From the NCBI GenBank assembly GCA_041494705.1, contig JBGQBI010000002.1, forward strand, positions 390,001 through 422,000: a stretch of 32,000 nucleotides of DNA, read 5' to 3'. Under the pieces are notes generated by a model. The model did not search any database. It saw only the letters and a program-made list of their open reading frames with translations, and was not told the origin of the DNA. Made by a program: the position numbers and the translations under genes. This document shows positions 1-9,469 of the stretch, one piece after another. The stretch comes from Candidatus Methanoperedens sp. GTDB taxonomy: Archaea; Halobacteriota; Methanosarcinia; Methanosarcinales; Methanoperedenaceae. Position 1 is the stretch's first letter, and each line of letters begins with the position of its first letter.

Positions 1-678
1 ATACATGGCGCGCACGCTCTCGGGTTTGGGGGATTAAACCTCACTATACCTTTAAAAGAAAAAGCTCTTGAGATAGTTGCGCCCACCGACATGGCAAAAC
101 AGATAGGCGCTGTAAATACCGTGGATTTTAAAGAAGGAATCGTAGGATATAACACAGACGGGCTCGGTGCTAAAATGGCGCTAAAAGATAATGGCGTTGG
201 AATAAAAGGAAAGAACGTGCTGCTTCTCGGCGCTGGGGGCGCTGCCCGCGCAATCGCATTCCAGCTTGCATCCGATGGGGCAAGCGTGACTATAGCCAAC
301 AGGACGCCAGACAGGGCGATTTCCCTTGCAAAAGAAGTTAGCAGGATAGGAAAAGCCAGTGCCGGGGATTTTCGTGACCTAAAAAATCTAATCCAGAATA
401 GTGATATTCTCATAAATTCAACGTCTATAGGAATGTTCCCGAAAGTATCGGAAAGCATTGTGACATCGGATATGATTCACAGGAACCTTGTTGTGTTCGA
501 TATTGTTTACAATCCTGTAAACACACTGCTTCTCAGGGAAGCCAGGAAGGCAGGCGCAAAAACAATCGATGGAGTGATGATGCTTGTGTATCAGGGGGCA
601 GAGGCATTTAAAATCTGGACAGGGAAAAACCCGCCTGTTGAAGTCATGGAAAAAGCTGTCCGGGAGAAGCTGGCATGA
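1..678 (+). CDS. aroE: Shikimate 5-dehydrogenase, 5'-truncated by the window edge
   Basis: Frame 1 is open from base 1 (IHGAHALGFGGLNLTIPLKEKA...), upstream of the listed Met at 91. It contains the NVTIP-K-like substrate motif, NTDGLG and the GAGGAARA NADP-binding loop typical of AroE. Its stop overlaps the next start (ATGA at 675-678). Confidence 0.9.
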   Translation: MHGAHALGFGGLNLTIPLKEKALEIVAPTDMAKQIGAVNTVDFKEGIVGYNTDGLGAKMALKDNGVGIKGKNVLLLGAGGAARAIAFQLASDGASVTIANRTPDRAISLAKEVSRIGKASAGDFRDLKNLIQNSDILINSTSIGMFPKVSESIVTSDMIHRNLVVFDIVYNPVNTLLLREARKAGAKTIDGVMMLVYQGAEAFKIWTGKNPPVEVMEKAVREKLA

Positions 679-1976
679 AGATATTAATCGTAGGCGGGAC
701 AGGTGAAACCGGAAGATTTTTTGCAAAATTTTATAAAAAACACGGCTTTGATGTGGCAATATGGGGAATCAATAAGAAAAAAGACATAGCTCTGGAATTG
801 GGGGTGAAGTTCGCCGAGGACCTCGATGAGGAGATAAAATCAAGCGATGTTGTAATGATATCTGTGCCTATCAATATCACAGAAAAGACCATTGAAGATA
901 TCGCCCCAAAAATGCACGCCGGAAGTTTGCTCATGGATATCACATCTATAAAAAAAGGCCCGATAGAAGCAATGATAAAACATGCTCCCACTGATGTGGA
1001 AATCCTGGGTTCGCATCCCATGTTCGGGCCATCCATACCTGATATAAGGGGACAGATTGTGATTTTTACACCAATCGAAGGGAGGTGCGGAAAATGGTTC
1101 CCGGTAATCAGGAACCTGTACGAAAATAACGGCGCTCATATCGAGATAATGGACGCAGTGGCGCATGATAAAATGATGGCGGTGGTACAGGGTCTCACGC
1201 ATTTTGCTTATATTTCCATAGGAGCTGTTTTCAGGGAACTTGAATTCGATGTTGGGAACTCAAGAAGATTCATGAGCCCGATGTATGACATTATGCTTGA
1301 CCTCGTGGGACGGATACTCGGGCAGAACCCCTACCTGTATGCCATGATACAAATGAACCCGGAGGTGGCGAAGGTGCATAGGGCATATATCGAACAGTGC
1401 AACCTGCTTGCGGACATCGTCAAAAAGAAGGATGTAGAAGGTTTTGTGGGCCTTATGAAAAAAGCTTCGGCGCATTTCGGGGATACGGAATCAGCTCTGC
1501 GGCGGTCTGAAAAGCTTATCGGGACCAAAATAACGGAACATGAGGAGCTTGTGCGCTCTATCGGCAATGAGAGGGCGTTAAAACACATTTATTCAGGCGT
1601 GGTACACTTCGGTATCGTGAAAAAAGTGACACCGAGGACTGTTCTGCTTGAGCGGGGAGGAAGGACGACCGAGCTTTTGATAGAGAATGTGAGACTTTTA
1701 AATGAAAAGGAATTGTTCGCATGGAAAACCACGAATTTAAAGAATGTGACACGTGATATCTCAGTTTTTATTCCGAAGGGGTCTGATGCCGGCATTATAA
1801 AAAATGTGGTAAAGGGCACAAACAGCGTGGTTTCTGTAGAGGTTATCGATGTATATTCGAAGCAAAATACCCAGAGTGTTACATATAGAGTCACAATATT
1901 CGGAGATCAAGATGCAGCCATGGTGCAGGGAAGCGTAGAGGCGCTTCTTAAGGGCATAGGCTGCACCATAAGGTAA
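675..1976 (+). CDS. tyrA: Prephenate dehydrogenase (archaeal long form with a C-terminal extra domain)
   Basis: N-terminal Rossmann motif MKILIVGGTGETG, the conserved GSHPMFGP motif, and a ~430 aa length as in archaeal TyrA. It is translationally coupled to aroE. Confidence 0.85.
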   Translation: MKILIVGGTGETGRFFAKFYKKHGFDVAIWGINKKKDIALELGVKFAEDLDEEIKSSDVVMISVPINITEKTIEDIAPKMHAGSLLMDITSIKKGPIEAMIKHAPTDVEILGSHPMFGPSIPDIRGQIVIFTPIEGRCGKWFPVIRNLYENNGAHIEIMDAVAHDKMMAVVQGLTHFAYISIGAVFRELEFDVGNSRRFMSPMYDIMLDLVGRILGQNPYLYAMIQMNPEVAKVHRAYIEQCNLLADIVKKKDVEGFVGLMKKASAHFGDTESALRRSEKLIGTKITEHEELVRSIGNERALKHIYSGVVHFGIVKKVTPRTVLLERGGRTTELLIENVRLLNEKELFAWKTTNLKNVTRDISVFIPKGSDAGIIKNVVKGTNSVVSVEVIDVYSKQNTQSVTYRVTIFGDQDAAMVQGSVEALLKGIGCTIR

Positions 1977-2031
1977 GTTTTATTAGATATGAACACACGC
2001 AACAACACAAAGATGGATTTAGCGTGATATT

Positions 2032-2271
2032 ATGGCAGAAAAAACAACAGTTCGACCAAAGATCCAGGATTTAAAAATAGGAGATGTTCTGCATGTCGGA
2101 ACAGAGGAAAAAGGGGAAATTTTTAAAGTAACAAAACTGGGTGAAAATGCTTTCATATACGACCAGGGTGGCGACCTTAAGGAATATGGAAGGGCGGTAA
2201 TGGCGAAAAACATCTTCGGTTTTGCAGAGAAGTACAAGGCGGTTTACTGGATAACGCATGACGAAGAGTGA
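2032..2271 (+). CDS. Small hypothetical protein (79 aa)
   Basis: This is the only sizeable ORF in the gap, and its amino-acid composition is protein-like. I recognise no motif. Confidence 0.45.
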   Translation: MAEKTTVRPKIQDLKIGDVLHVGTEEKGEIFKVTKLGENAFIYDQGGDLKEYGRAVMAKNIFGFAEKYKAVYWITHDEE

Positions 2272-2287
2272 ATTATAGAAGATTTGA

Positions 2288-3937
2288 TTAAACCTCGATC
2301 AATAATATTTTCTCGATTAATTCAGAAATTCTGGGAATATCTTTCATCTTCTCAAGAACATTGTTCTTCCCTTCACTATCGCACAGGTTCTTCAAATCCT
2401 TTAGTGTTTTAATCTGATATCCAAGTAATTTTTGGGTCTCTTCAACAGTCCAATTTGAAATCCCAACCGCTCTGATGTCTGAATGTAAATTTAAAATATC
2501 AAAATAATCCGCCTTTTCCTTTGAAATATCACGCGATTTTTTTAAATCTTCCAGAGTAAGGAGCTTGAAGTCTTCAGATTTTGCAAATTCTTTTGCTTTT
2601 GTTTGTTTTTGCTTAAATATGTTAGAAATTTTCGCATTTTCAGTGGCTACTTCCGCTTCCCAATTAATTGAATCAATATCAACATTTGCAAATTCTTTTA
2701 TTGAATAGACTTTAGCTTTATCAGTAAGCAACTTCAATTCAGATGGGGTCAAATTTAAAATTTCTTTTAATCTTTTTATTTCATCACGTTGCTCAATAGC
2801 TTTTTCAAAAATATAGTTAAAATAGTCTTTAGTTATCCCGTTTTGATTTTTTAATGTATCAAAATCTGCGACTGCAAGTTGTTCCACAGTGTCTATATTG
2901 TTGTAAAGATACAAATCATTGGCAACGTCTTCTTCTACACCAAGCCGAACCACAAGTTCGGAATTTTCAATATTGTATTTATCACGTTCTTTAACTTCAT
3001 TTCGTAATTCTTCAGGCAATAATCCCTGAATTGATTTATATAACCAAACCTCAATCGTTTTAGTGAACATACCGGTAAAAAATGAAAAAAACAGAACGAA
3101 CCATAAATTCTGTATTTTAACAGCATCTAACAAAATATAAACTCCCAAAATAGCAATATATGGGGCAATAATGATTCGTCGTATGTAGCCATACACGATA
3201 CTTTTCTTCTTATATACATGTATTTTTTGAGAAAAAATCTCTTCGATGCTCATCAGCAAATAGGAAAGAACTCCAATTAGCGCAGCTACTGGTATATATA
3301 CAGGAAAGCGAAGATTATCCGATAATACGATATACTCTTTTTGTTTGTACAACAAATATATAATCACAGGAATCCATGAAAATAATGACAACAAGAGTAA
3401 AGAATTTTTTATGTGTTTTTCATACCACGTGGGTGATACATGGTTATTATAAAATCTATAAGCCCAGAATATAAACATTAAAAGTCCCAATAATGCCGGT
3501 ACAAAAATCGGCAAAAATCCAGAGTCTTTCTGGCTTTTTAGCGGACTTAATGTAAACTTTAATTTATTCTCAGTAATAAACGGTGAAATCGTTATGTTTT
3601 TCGATACGGGTTCATAATTTTCAGCTGTAATCTTGAAAGTGTATGTCTGATTTTGCTCGCCTTGGAAAAATGCAGTCCCGTTTTCATTTGAATAAAGGTA
3701 CAAACTGGATGCATTGGACACATTAAAGGAAAAAACCTCGATTGTTGCTTCTTTGACCGGCAAATCATTAGTGCCGTTCACATCGATCTGGATTGCGGGA
3801 TTGGCAATCCCGTAAGTAGGCTGAATGAATAAAGTGAATAAAATTAAAAATATCAGACCTGTATTTAACCACCTCATAATCTTCAGTTTGATAATAATTG
3901 TATATAAAATTATCGACTGTTTAAAGCTATCCATCAC
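2288..3937 (-). CDS. Hypothetical membrane protein: extracellular beta-sandwich (carboxypeptidase-regulatory-like) domain, multi-TM core and a cytoplasmic tail with repeated helix-hairpin-helix-like (DUF4332-like) modules
   Basis: The 549-aa ORF has a signal-like MRWLNTGLIFLILFTLFIQPTYG (alternative start at 3877) and several hydrophobic helices. Its C-terminal modules include LGVEEDVANDLYLYNNIDTVEQLA, LNLTPSELKLLTDKAKVYSIKEFA and VGISNWTVEETQKLLGYQIKTLKDL. The gene is visibly AT-rich compared with its neighbours. Confidence 0.6.
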   Translation of the reverse strand: MMDSFKQSIILYTIIIKLKIMRWLNTGLIFLILFTLFIQPTYGIANPAIQIDVNGTNDLPVKEATIEVFSFNVSNASSLYLYSNENGTAFFQGEQNQTYTFKITAENYEPVSKNITISPFITENKLKFTLSPLKSQKDSGFLPIFVPALLGLLMFIFWAYRFYNNHVSPTWYEKHIKNSLLLLSLFSWIPVIIYLLYKQKEYIVLSDNLRFPVYIPVAALIGVLSYLLMSIEEIFSQKIHVYKKKSIVYGYIRRIIIAPYIAILGVYILLDAVKIQNLWFVLFFSFFTGMFTKTIEVWLYKSIQGLLPEELRNEVKERDKYNIENSELVVRLGVEEDVANDLYLYNNIDTVEQLAVADFDTLKNQNGITKDYFNYIFEKAIEQRDEIKRLKEILNLTPSELKLLTDKAKVYSIKEFANVDIDSINWEAEVATENAKISNIFKQKQTKAKEFAKSEDFKLLTLEDLKKSRDISKEKADYFDILNLHSDIRAVGISNWTVEETQKLLGYQIKTLKDLKNLCDSEGKNNVLEKMKDIPRISELIEKILLIEV

Positions 3938-3999
3938 AAAAAAATCGTGGCGAAATAATTTCGGGATTCTACAATCACAAAAAAATAATAATTCGCGTA

Positions 4000-4074
4000 T
4001 AGCGGGGAATGGATTCGAACCATTGATCTACGGGTTATGAGCCCGTCGGGATATCCTGACTACCCTACCCCGCT
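4000..4074 (-). tRNA. Initiator tRNA-Met (anticodon CAT), archaeal type
   Basis: The reverse complement folds as a cloverleaf: AGCGGGG acceptor pairing with CCCCGCT, anticodon stem-loop ACGGG-CTCATAA-CCCGT, and T arm AATGG-TTCGAAT-CCATT. An A1:U72 pair plus three G:C pairs next to the anticodon loop are initiator hallmarks. CCA is not encoded. Confidence 0.9.
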
Positions 4075-4174
4075 GCTGGAGTAAAAATAGTAACTCTCCA
4101 TTGTGAATGATAAATGATAAAGCCTTCGGTTATGGGAATCTCTATTATCTTTAAAAATAATATAACACGAAAAC

Positions 4175-5173
4175 ATGCTTTATGCAATCGAAACCCGGGA
4201 GATAACAAAACACTTTGATGAGATTACTGCTGTAAACAAAGTCAGCATATTTGTCAAACCCGGGGAACTATTCGGGCTCCTCGGCCCAAACGGCGCAGGG
4301 AAGACCACTCTCATACATATGCTGTCCACTATGACTGAACCCTCAAGCGGCAGCGCTAAAGTCTGGGGTTATGATGTCGCACGGGAACCCGGGCCGGTCA
4401 GGCAGAATATCGGCGTGGTGTTCCAGGATACCACGCTGGACGACCGCCTGACCGGGAGGGAGAACCTCGACCTTCACGGTAGGCTATACGGTCTTGACAG
4501 CAAAACAAGGAAAAAGAGGATTGAAGAGGTGCTTTCTCTTGTGGAACTCGCGGACAGGGCAGACGTTCTCGTCAAGACATATTCCGGAGGAATGATGAGG
4601 CGCCTTGAAATCGCACGGGGGCTTATGCACCACCCGCATGTACTATTTCTAGATGAGCCGACCCTTGGTCTTGACCCGCAGACAAGGCTGCATATATGGG
4701 ATTATATAAAAAAATTGAATAAAGATGAAGGCGTGTCAATCATGCTCACCACGCATTATATGGAAGAAGCCGACCATTTGTGCGACAGGATTGCGATAAT
4801 CGACCATGGCGAGATTGTTGCGCTCGATACTCCAGAATCCCTGAAAACCATGCTTGGAGGAGATGTAATCACGCTCGAACTGGAAAACCCCGATGACATA
4901 TCCAGATTATGTGAGATATATCAAAAAAACGGGTGCGCCAATATAGTTACAGAGAAAATGAATGAGGTTTTTATAACTGTAAAAAACGGGGAACGCCAGA
5001 TTCCCCATGTGCTATCCCTGGCATCCGGCGCCGGTATTTCCATCCAGTCGGTCAGCCTCAGGAAACCCACACTGGATGATGTATTTATTCATTATACCGG
5101 GCGCGCCATAAGGGATAAAGAGGTTAGTGAAATTGAAACAGTGGGATATAAAATCCGCTCAAGGAGGAAATGA
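4175..5173 (+). CDS. ABC transporter ATP-binding protein (ABC-2 / DrrA-like subfamily)
   Basis: Walker A GPNGAGKTT, signature YSGGMMRRLE, Walker B VLFLDEPT. Its stop overlaps the permease start (ATGA at 5170-5173). Confidence 0.9.
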   Translation: MLYAIETREITKHFDEITAVNKVSIFVKPGELFGLLGPNGAGKTTLIHMLSTMTEPSSGSAKVWGYDVAREPGPVRQNIGVVFQDTTLDDRLTGRENLDLHGRLYGLDSKTRKKRIEEVLSLVELADRADVLVKTYSGGMMRRLEIARGLMHHPHVLFLDEPTLGLDPQTRLHIWDYIKKLNKDEGVSIMLTTHYMEEADHLCDRIAIIDHGEIVALDTPESLKTMLGGDVITLELENPDDISRLCEIYQKNGCANIVTEKMNEVFITVKNGERQIPHVLSLASGAGISIQSVSLRKPTLDDVFIHYTGRAIRDKEVSEIETVGYKIRSRRK

Positions 5174-5949
5174 TGGTCAGCGCGTCGGTAAACAGGGCGG
5201 TACAGACCGTATATACCATGTGGCTTCGCGAGATGATTCGGTTTTCACGCTCAAAATCGCGAATTATCGGCGCTCTCGCAACTCCTCTTTTTTTCCTGGT
5301 CATCCTTGGCGCAGGATTCAGTTCGTCTTTCCAGGTTCGTGGAGGCGGGGCTTTTGATAAAAGCTATCTCGCGCCGGGCCTGATAGGCATGTCGGTGCTT
5401 TTCGCTTCGCTGATGGGCGGCGTATCTATCATATGGGACAGGGAATTCGGTTTTCTTAAGGAGATTTTAATTGCGCCTGTCAGCCGTTTCTTTGTAGCGC
5501 TCGGAAAAGCAATAGGTGGGGTGACAACAGCCATGATCCAGGGGATATTAATTATGATTATTGCATGGCTGATAGGGATTCAATATAAATCGATATGGGG
5601 TGTGCTGGCCGCTATTGCCATCATGTTCATATCAGGAATCGGCTTTATGGGTCTGGGCATTGCGCTTGCATCGAAAATCGACAGCCATGAAGGTTTCCAG
5701 ATGGTCATGAGTTTCCTTACTATGCCGCTTGTTCTCCTGAGCGGTGCATTTTTCCCGATTTCAAATCTTCCAGGCTGGATGAAGGCGCTTGTATATGCAA
5801 ATCCCCTTACGTATGGCGTGGAGGCGCTTCGCTTCTGTTTATTTGGCAGTTCCACTATTCCGATTTTGCTGAGTATCACAGTCCTGATATTATTTGCATT
5901 CTCGATGATAGCGCTGGGAGGAAAATTGTTCGGAAAAATGAGCGTTTAA
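5170..5949 (+). CDS. ABC-2 type transporter permease
   Basis: A 259-aa polytopic membrane protein (about 6 hydrophobic helices) translationally coupled to the ATPase. The layout is typical of ABC-2 exporters. Confidence 0.85.
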   Translation: MMVSASVNRAVQTVYTMWLREMIRFSRSKSRIIGALATPLFFLVILGAGFSSSFQVRGGGAFDKSYLAPGLIGMSVLFASLMGGVSIIWDREFGFLKEILIAPVSRFFVALGKAIGGVTTAMIQGILIMIIAWLIGIQYKSIWGVLAAIAIMFISGIGFMGLGIALASKIDSHEGFQMVMSFLTMPLVLLSGAFFPISNLPGWMKALVYANPLTYGVEALRFCLFGSSTIPILLSITVLILFAFSMIALGGKLFGKMSV

Positions 5950-5950
5950 T

Positions 5951-6862
5951 ATGATAGTTCTATCAGGCGGCACAGGTACGCCCAAGCTTATCCGGGGTCT
6001 TCGCAAGGTTGTTTCGGATGAGGAGATAACGGTAATCGTGAATACAGCCGAGGACATTACAGTTTCCGGAAATCATGTATCGCCGGATGTGGATACGGTT
6101 TTATACCTTTTTTCAGGGACTCTCGATGCTTCAAAATGGTGGGGTATTAAAAATGACACCTTTCACACGAATAAGACTTTACAAAGATTGGGTTTCAACG
6201 AAAAGCTCATGCTCGGGGATGCTGACCGCGCCACATGTATTTTCCGCTCGGAATTAATGCGAAAAGGAGCAAGCCTGACAGAAGCTACAATGCAGCTTTC
6301 GTCGGGGCTGGGAATAAAAGCCAGTATTCTTCCCATGTGCGATGAAAAAGTGGATACGATGGTGAATACGCCGCAAGGGCGCATGCATTTCCAGGATTTC
6401 TGGGTTGGAGCGCACGGTGAGCCTGAGGTTCTTGATGTCAGGATTTTGGGTATCGAAAAGGCAAAACCTACAAAAGAAGTGTTAGCGGCGCTTGAATCAG
6501 ATGATAATGTGATAATCGGGCCGAGCAACCCCATAACAAGTATCGGACCTATTCTTGCGTTAAAAGGGATGAGGGATATATTGAAGAAGAAAAAAGTGCT
6601 TGCGATAAGCCCGATAATTGGGAATGCGCCTGTAAGCGGACCTGCCGGGAAATTGATGAAAGCCTGCGGATTTCCCGTATCATCAAAAGGAGTGGCTGAA
6701 TGCTACGGGGATACCCTGGATGTCGTGGTGATTGATGAAAGGGATGATGCGGATGAAAATGACTTCCCGGTCAAACTGGTTAAATACGATACCCTGATGA
6801 CCTCGGTTGAAAAAAGTAAAGCGCTTGCCCAACGTGTACTTGAGCTACTTGGGGATATTTGA
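5951..6862 (+). CDS. cofD: 2-phospho-L-lactate transferase (coenzyme F420 biosynthesis)
   Basis: N-terminus MIVLSGGTGTPKLIRGL and the overall CofD/YvcK-family pattern at ~300 aa. It starts 1 nt after the permease stop codon. Confidence 0.9.
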   Translation: MIVLSGGTGTPKLIRGLRKVVSDEEITVIVNTAEDITVSGNHVSPDVDTVLYLFSGTLDASKWWGIKNDTFHTNKTLQRLGFNEKLMLGDADRATCIFRSELMRKGASLTEATMQLSSGLGIKASILPMCDEKVDTMVNTPQGRMHFQDFWVGAHGEPEVLDVRILGIEKAKPTKEVLAALESDDNVIIGPSNPITSIGPILALKGMRDILKKKKVLAISPIIGNAPVSGPAGKLMKACGFPVSSKGVAECYGDTLDVVVIDERDDADENDFPVKLVKYDTLMTSVEKSKALAQRVLELLGDI

Positions 6863-7162
6863 TAGCAGCACAAGCCCCCTGTCGGTCAGCCTGAAAATCT
6901 CCCCTTCAATCTTGAGGTAATTCCCTTTCATTAAAAAATCGGTCTGGAAATTGAACATAGCATCATCCACGCCCACTTCTTTTTGAAGCTCGCTCTTTTC
7001 TTTCCCGAACACACCGATTGCTTTGATCATCCTGCGCCTGATGGGATGTTCAAGCGCCTTGACCATGAGTGCGTGGTCATCCACCTTTGCTTCGCGCACA
7101 GTGGGTTTGCGCTCAAGCATGGCTTCAAGTTCGTCTTCGCTGATTTCAGGCATGTCACTCAT
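6845..7162 (-). CDS. Winged-helix (ArsR-like) DNA-binding protein
   Basis: LEHPIRRRMIKAI...SELQKEVGV resembles the ArsR/SmtB HTH core. Its start overlaps the stop of the upstream dodecin gene by 8 nt. It converges on cofD with an 18-nt overlap. Confidence 0.6.
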   Translation of the reverse strand: MSDMPEISEDELEAMLERKPTVREAKVDDHALMVKALEHPIRRRMIKAIGVFGKEKSELQKEVGVDDAMFNFQTDFLMKGNYLKIEGEIFRLTDRGLVLLSNIPK

Positions 7163-7373
7163 TACCGCTCAGGAACATCTCCACCCTGCAAAGATATGCA
7201 GCTATCTTATTGTCCCTGATTTCCACATCAAACCCCTTGATTGTGGCTTTTGTAATCGTGCCTTTCCGTTTGAAAATCGGGAGGTCTGATGCCTCCTCTA
7301 TCGCATTTTTAGCCGCTTTTTCCCAGCTTTCGGAAGATGAGCCTACGGTATCGATTATTTTGACAAATGGCAT
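7155..7373 (-). CDS. Dodecin-family flavin-binding protein
   Basis: The protein is 72 aa, and the pattern VKIIDTVGSSSESWEKAAKNAIEEAS...V.E....I..Y matches the dodecin (DUF1458) family signature as I recall it. Confidence 0.7.
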   Translation of the reverse strand: MPFVKIIDTVGSSSESWEKAAKNAIEEASDLPIFKRKGTITKATIKGFDVEIRDNKIAAYLCRVEMFLSGNE

Positions 7374-7418
7374 TTAGTTTCACCCATGGTATTTGGGTTG
7401 GAAGAGTAATAAAGGTCA

Positions 7419-8312
7419 CTACGCTATTCCCTTCACCGCATCTGCAGCCAGCGTTTTATAATATTCTCTCGTAATCCTTTCCGAAAGCACTATAGCTTCC
7501 TTCAATAACTCCTCATCTTTCTGTTTAGTTCCAATAGCCCTCTCTGTTTCCACAATTTTTAACAACACAGCAGACTTCTCAAATTCATCAGCAATTCCAT
7601 CAGCCAGCATTATTGCTCTCTTTATGAACACGTAACTTCGCCCATCATTCAATAATGAAAGCAATGATGCGATATCGCAAAACGCAAAAGCAAGAAAAAC
7701 AGGTTCTACATCTTTACTTTTTTCAATCAGTTCAATTGCGCTCCCAAGCAATTCAAGCGCCCTTTCGGGATTTGCGCCCACCAGCAATCGGGCAATATTC
7801 CGGAAAGCTGAAGAGCGGTACGTATTCGAAGGGATTTTTTCTGACAAATCCAGTGAGTAAGATAAGAGTTTTTCATCCTTTCTATCAATACCATTTTTAG
7901 CAAACGCAACTACAAGCTCATGAAGCGCCACCGAAAGATCGAGGTTGTTGTTGATTCTTCCTGTTATTTTAACCCCCTCTTTGAGCATCTCCTCATCTTT
8001 CCTGTTCATCCCGATTTTTGCCATAGCGCGGATAATCTCCACATAAGCCTTTGATGGGTCATCGGTAACAAGTTCCGCAGTTTTAATGGCTTCTTCAAGA
8101 TACCAGAGGTTATTTGACCGCACCGCTTCCATCGATAAAATCCCCACGATATTGCGGTATTTCCTCGACTTCTCCGCCGAATCCCGGATTTCCGAAGCGG
8201 AAGAAATCATACTTAATATCCGATTTTTCTTTTCTTCTGTCATGATACAAATTATACAGATGTATCCATATATAATTTTGTTAATCGACAAAAAGTATTT
8301 TGCCTTTAACAT
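7419..8312 (-). CDS. Hypothetical alpha-helical repeat protein
   Basis: Recurrent helical modules each contain KDEE-(L/M)-LKE-like segments (HEAT/TPR-like). A likelier start is the internal MTEEKKN at 8243, because the first 23 residues are hydrophobic and odd. Confidence 0.55.
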   Translation of the reverse strand: MLKAKYFLSINKIIYGYICIICIMTEEKKNRILSMISSASEIRDSAEKSRKYRNIVGILSMEAVRSNNLWYLEEAIKTAELVTDDPSKAYVEIIRAMAKIGMNRKDEEMLKEGVKITGRINNNLDLSVALHELVVAFAKNGIDRKDEKLLSYSLDLSEKIPSNTYRSSAFRNIARLLVGANPERALELLGSAIELIEKSKDVEPVFLAFAFCDIASLLSLLNDGRSYVFIKRAIMLADGIADEFEKSAVLLKIVETERAIGTKQKDEELLKEAIVLSERITREYYKTLAADAVKGIA

Positions 8313-8327
8313 CCTTCAAATATACGG

Positions 8328-8645
8328 GTGTTAGCTATGAAATCAATAATTACAGCCGAACTTGAGATTGTCGCTCTTGGAACAGGAGACACAGGCATGA
8401 GCAAACATATAGCAGAGGCGGTTAAGGCTATAGATAAACTTGGTATAAAATACCAGTTGACTCCGATGGGCACGGTAATGGAAGTAGCAACGATTGATGA
8501 TGCCTTCAGCGCTGTTAAAGCGGCTCATGAAGCGCTTGTCAAAAGCGGTGTTAAAAGAGTAGTCACTCACCTCACCATAGATGACAGAAGGGACAATCCG
8601 AAAGGAATGGCTGAAAAAATGGATGCAGTGAAAAGAAAGCTTTAG
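8328..8645 (+). CDS. MTH1187/YkoF-like (UPF0045) thiamine-binding family protein
   Basis: About 100 aa. The pattern AELEIVALGTGDTGMSKHIAEAVKAI...YQLTPMGT..E is typical of the MTH1187 family. Confidence 0.75.
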   Translation: MLAMKSIITAELEIVALGTGDTGMSKHIAEAVKAIDKLGIKYQLTPMGTVMEVATIDDAFSAVKAAHEALVKSGVKRVVTHLTIDDRRDNPKGMAEKMDAVKRKL

Positions 8646-9418
8646 AACCATTTCTGTATTTCTTTCTTTTCAAAATTTACACACATACCGTCGTGGGCAG
8701 CCATGACATCCACTCCTGTTCTTTCTGATATGCTCTTTGCCTGGAGTTCTGGGTTTGCTTTCAATACCTGCAAGCCAAAATGCGTCAATATCGCACGTTT
8801 TGGATGAATCTCTTCTATCAATCTTGCAGCTTCATCCATATTCAGGTGGCGTATCCGTTTATCTGTTTTCATTCGCACCACGTTAATTATCAGGAAATCA
8901 ACACCCCTGTAAGCCCCGGCCAGTTCAGGAAAATATTCCGTATCAGGTATATAGCCAAGGCGGCCTTCTTTGAATGAGTAAATGGTTCCGTACGTTTCAA
9001 CAGGATGCATGGTCTGTATGGGAAACTCGATTTTAACTTCGCCAAGAGTTATTTCCAGACCTTTTTTCATTTCAGTAATCTCAACAAACGGCCGTATGTA
9101 TTGAAGAACAACGGGGTCGGAATTCAGGCAATCCGCAGGGACAATCAACCGCCCGCGAGGCTGAAAACCGCCTCCTGTCATTGCTTCCGTAATCACATTA
9201 ACGTCATTTGAATGGTCGATGTGCCTGTGTGAAAGCATAATTGCGTCAAGGTCGCGCGGCTTGAGGCGGAGCTGGTGAACCATTACGAGTGAACCGGGTC
9301 CCGGGTCTTGCACAATATTCACATTGTCCAGTTTAAGCCAGAATCCACCGCTTTTGCGCAACTGGTTCAGGACCACCATCCTTCCTCCACCCGTTCCAAG
9401 AAAAGTTACACTTGACAT
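8642..9418 (-). CDS. MBL-fold metallo-hydrolase
   Basis: HxHxDH motif (HRHIDHSND), an N-terminal beta-lactamase-fold start (VTFLGTGGG) and a downstream His/Asp pattern. Confidence 0.8.
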   Translation of the reverse strand: MSSVTFLGTGGGRMVVLNQLRKSGGFWLKLDNVNIVQDPGPGSLVMVHQLRLKPRDLDAIMLSHRHIDHSNDVNVITEAMTGGGFQPRGRLIVPADCLNSDPVVLQYIRPFVEITEMKKGLEITLGEVKIEFPIQTMHPVETYGTIYSFKEGRLGYIPDTEYFPELAGAYRGVDFLIINVVRMKTDKRIRHLNMDEAARLIEEIHPKRAILTHFGLQVLKANPELQAKSISERTGVDVMAAHDGMCVNFEKKEIQKWF

Positions 9419-9469
9419 TTATGATTAAACACGTATAAGTTATACAAAAAAATATCTGAAAAAAATGCA

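Noticed and set aside
418-1894. Multiple 60-120-aa minus-strand ORFs inside aroE and tyrA, and similar ORFs inside feoB, moeA, tgt and the other large genes
   Set aside because: All are embedded antisense or off-frame within CDSs that have strong family motifs. None has a recognisable motif or independent start context.
3825-4040. 71-aa plus-strand ORF overlapping the initiator tRNA
   Set aside because: It overlaps the minus-strand tRNA-Met and the 5' end of the 549-aa membrane protein gene. There is no supporting signal.
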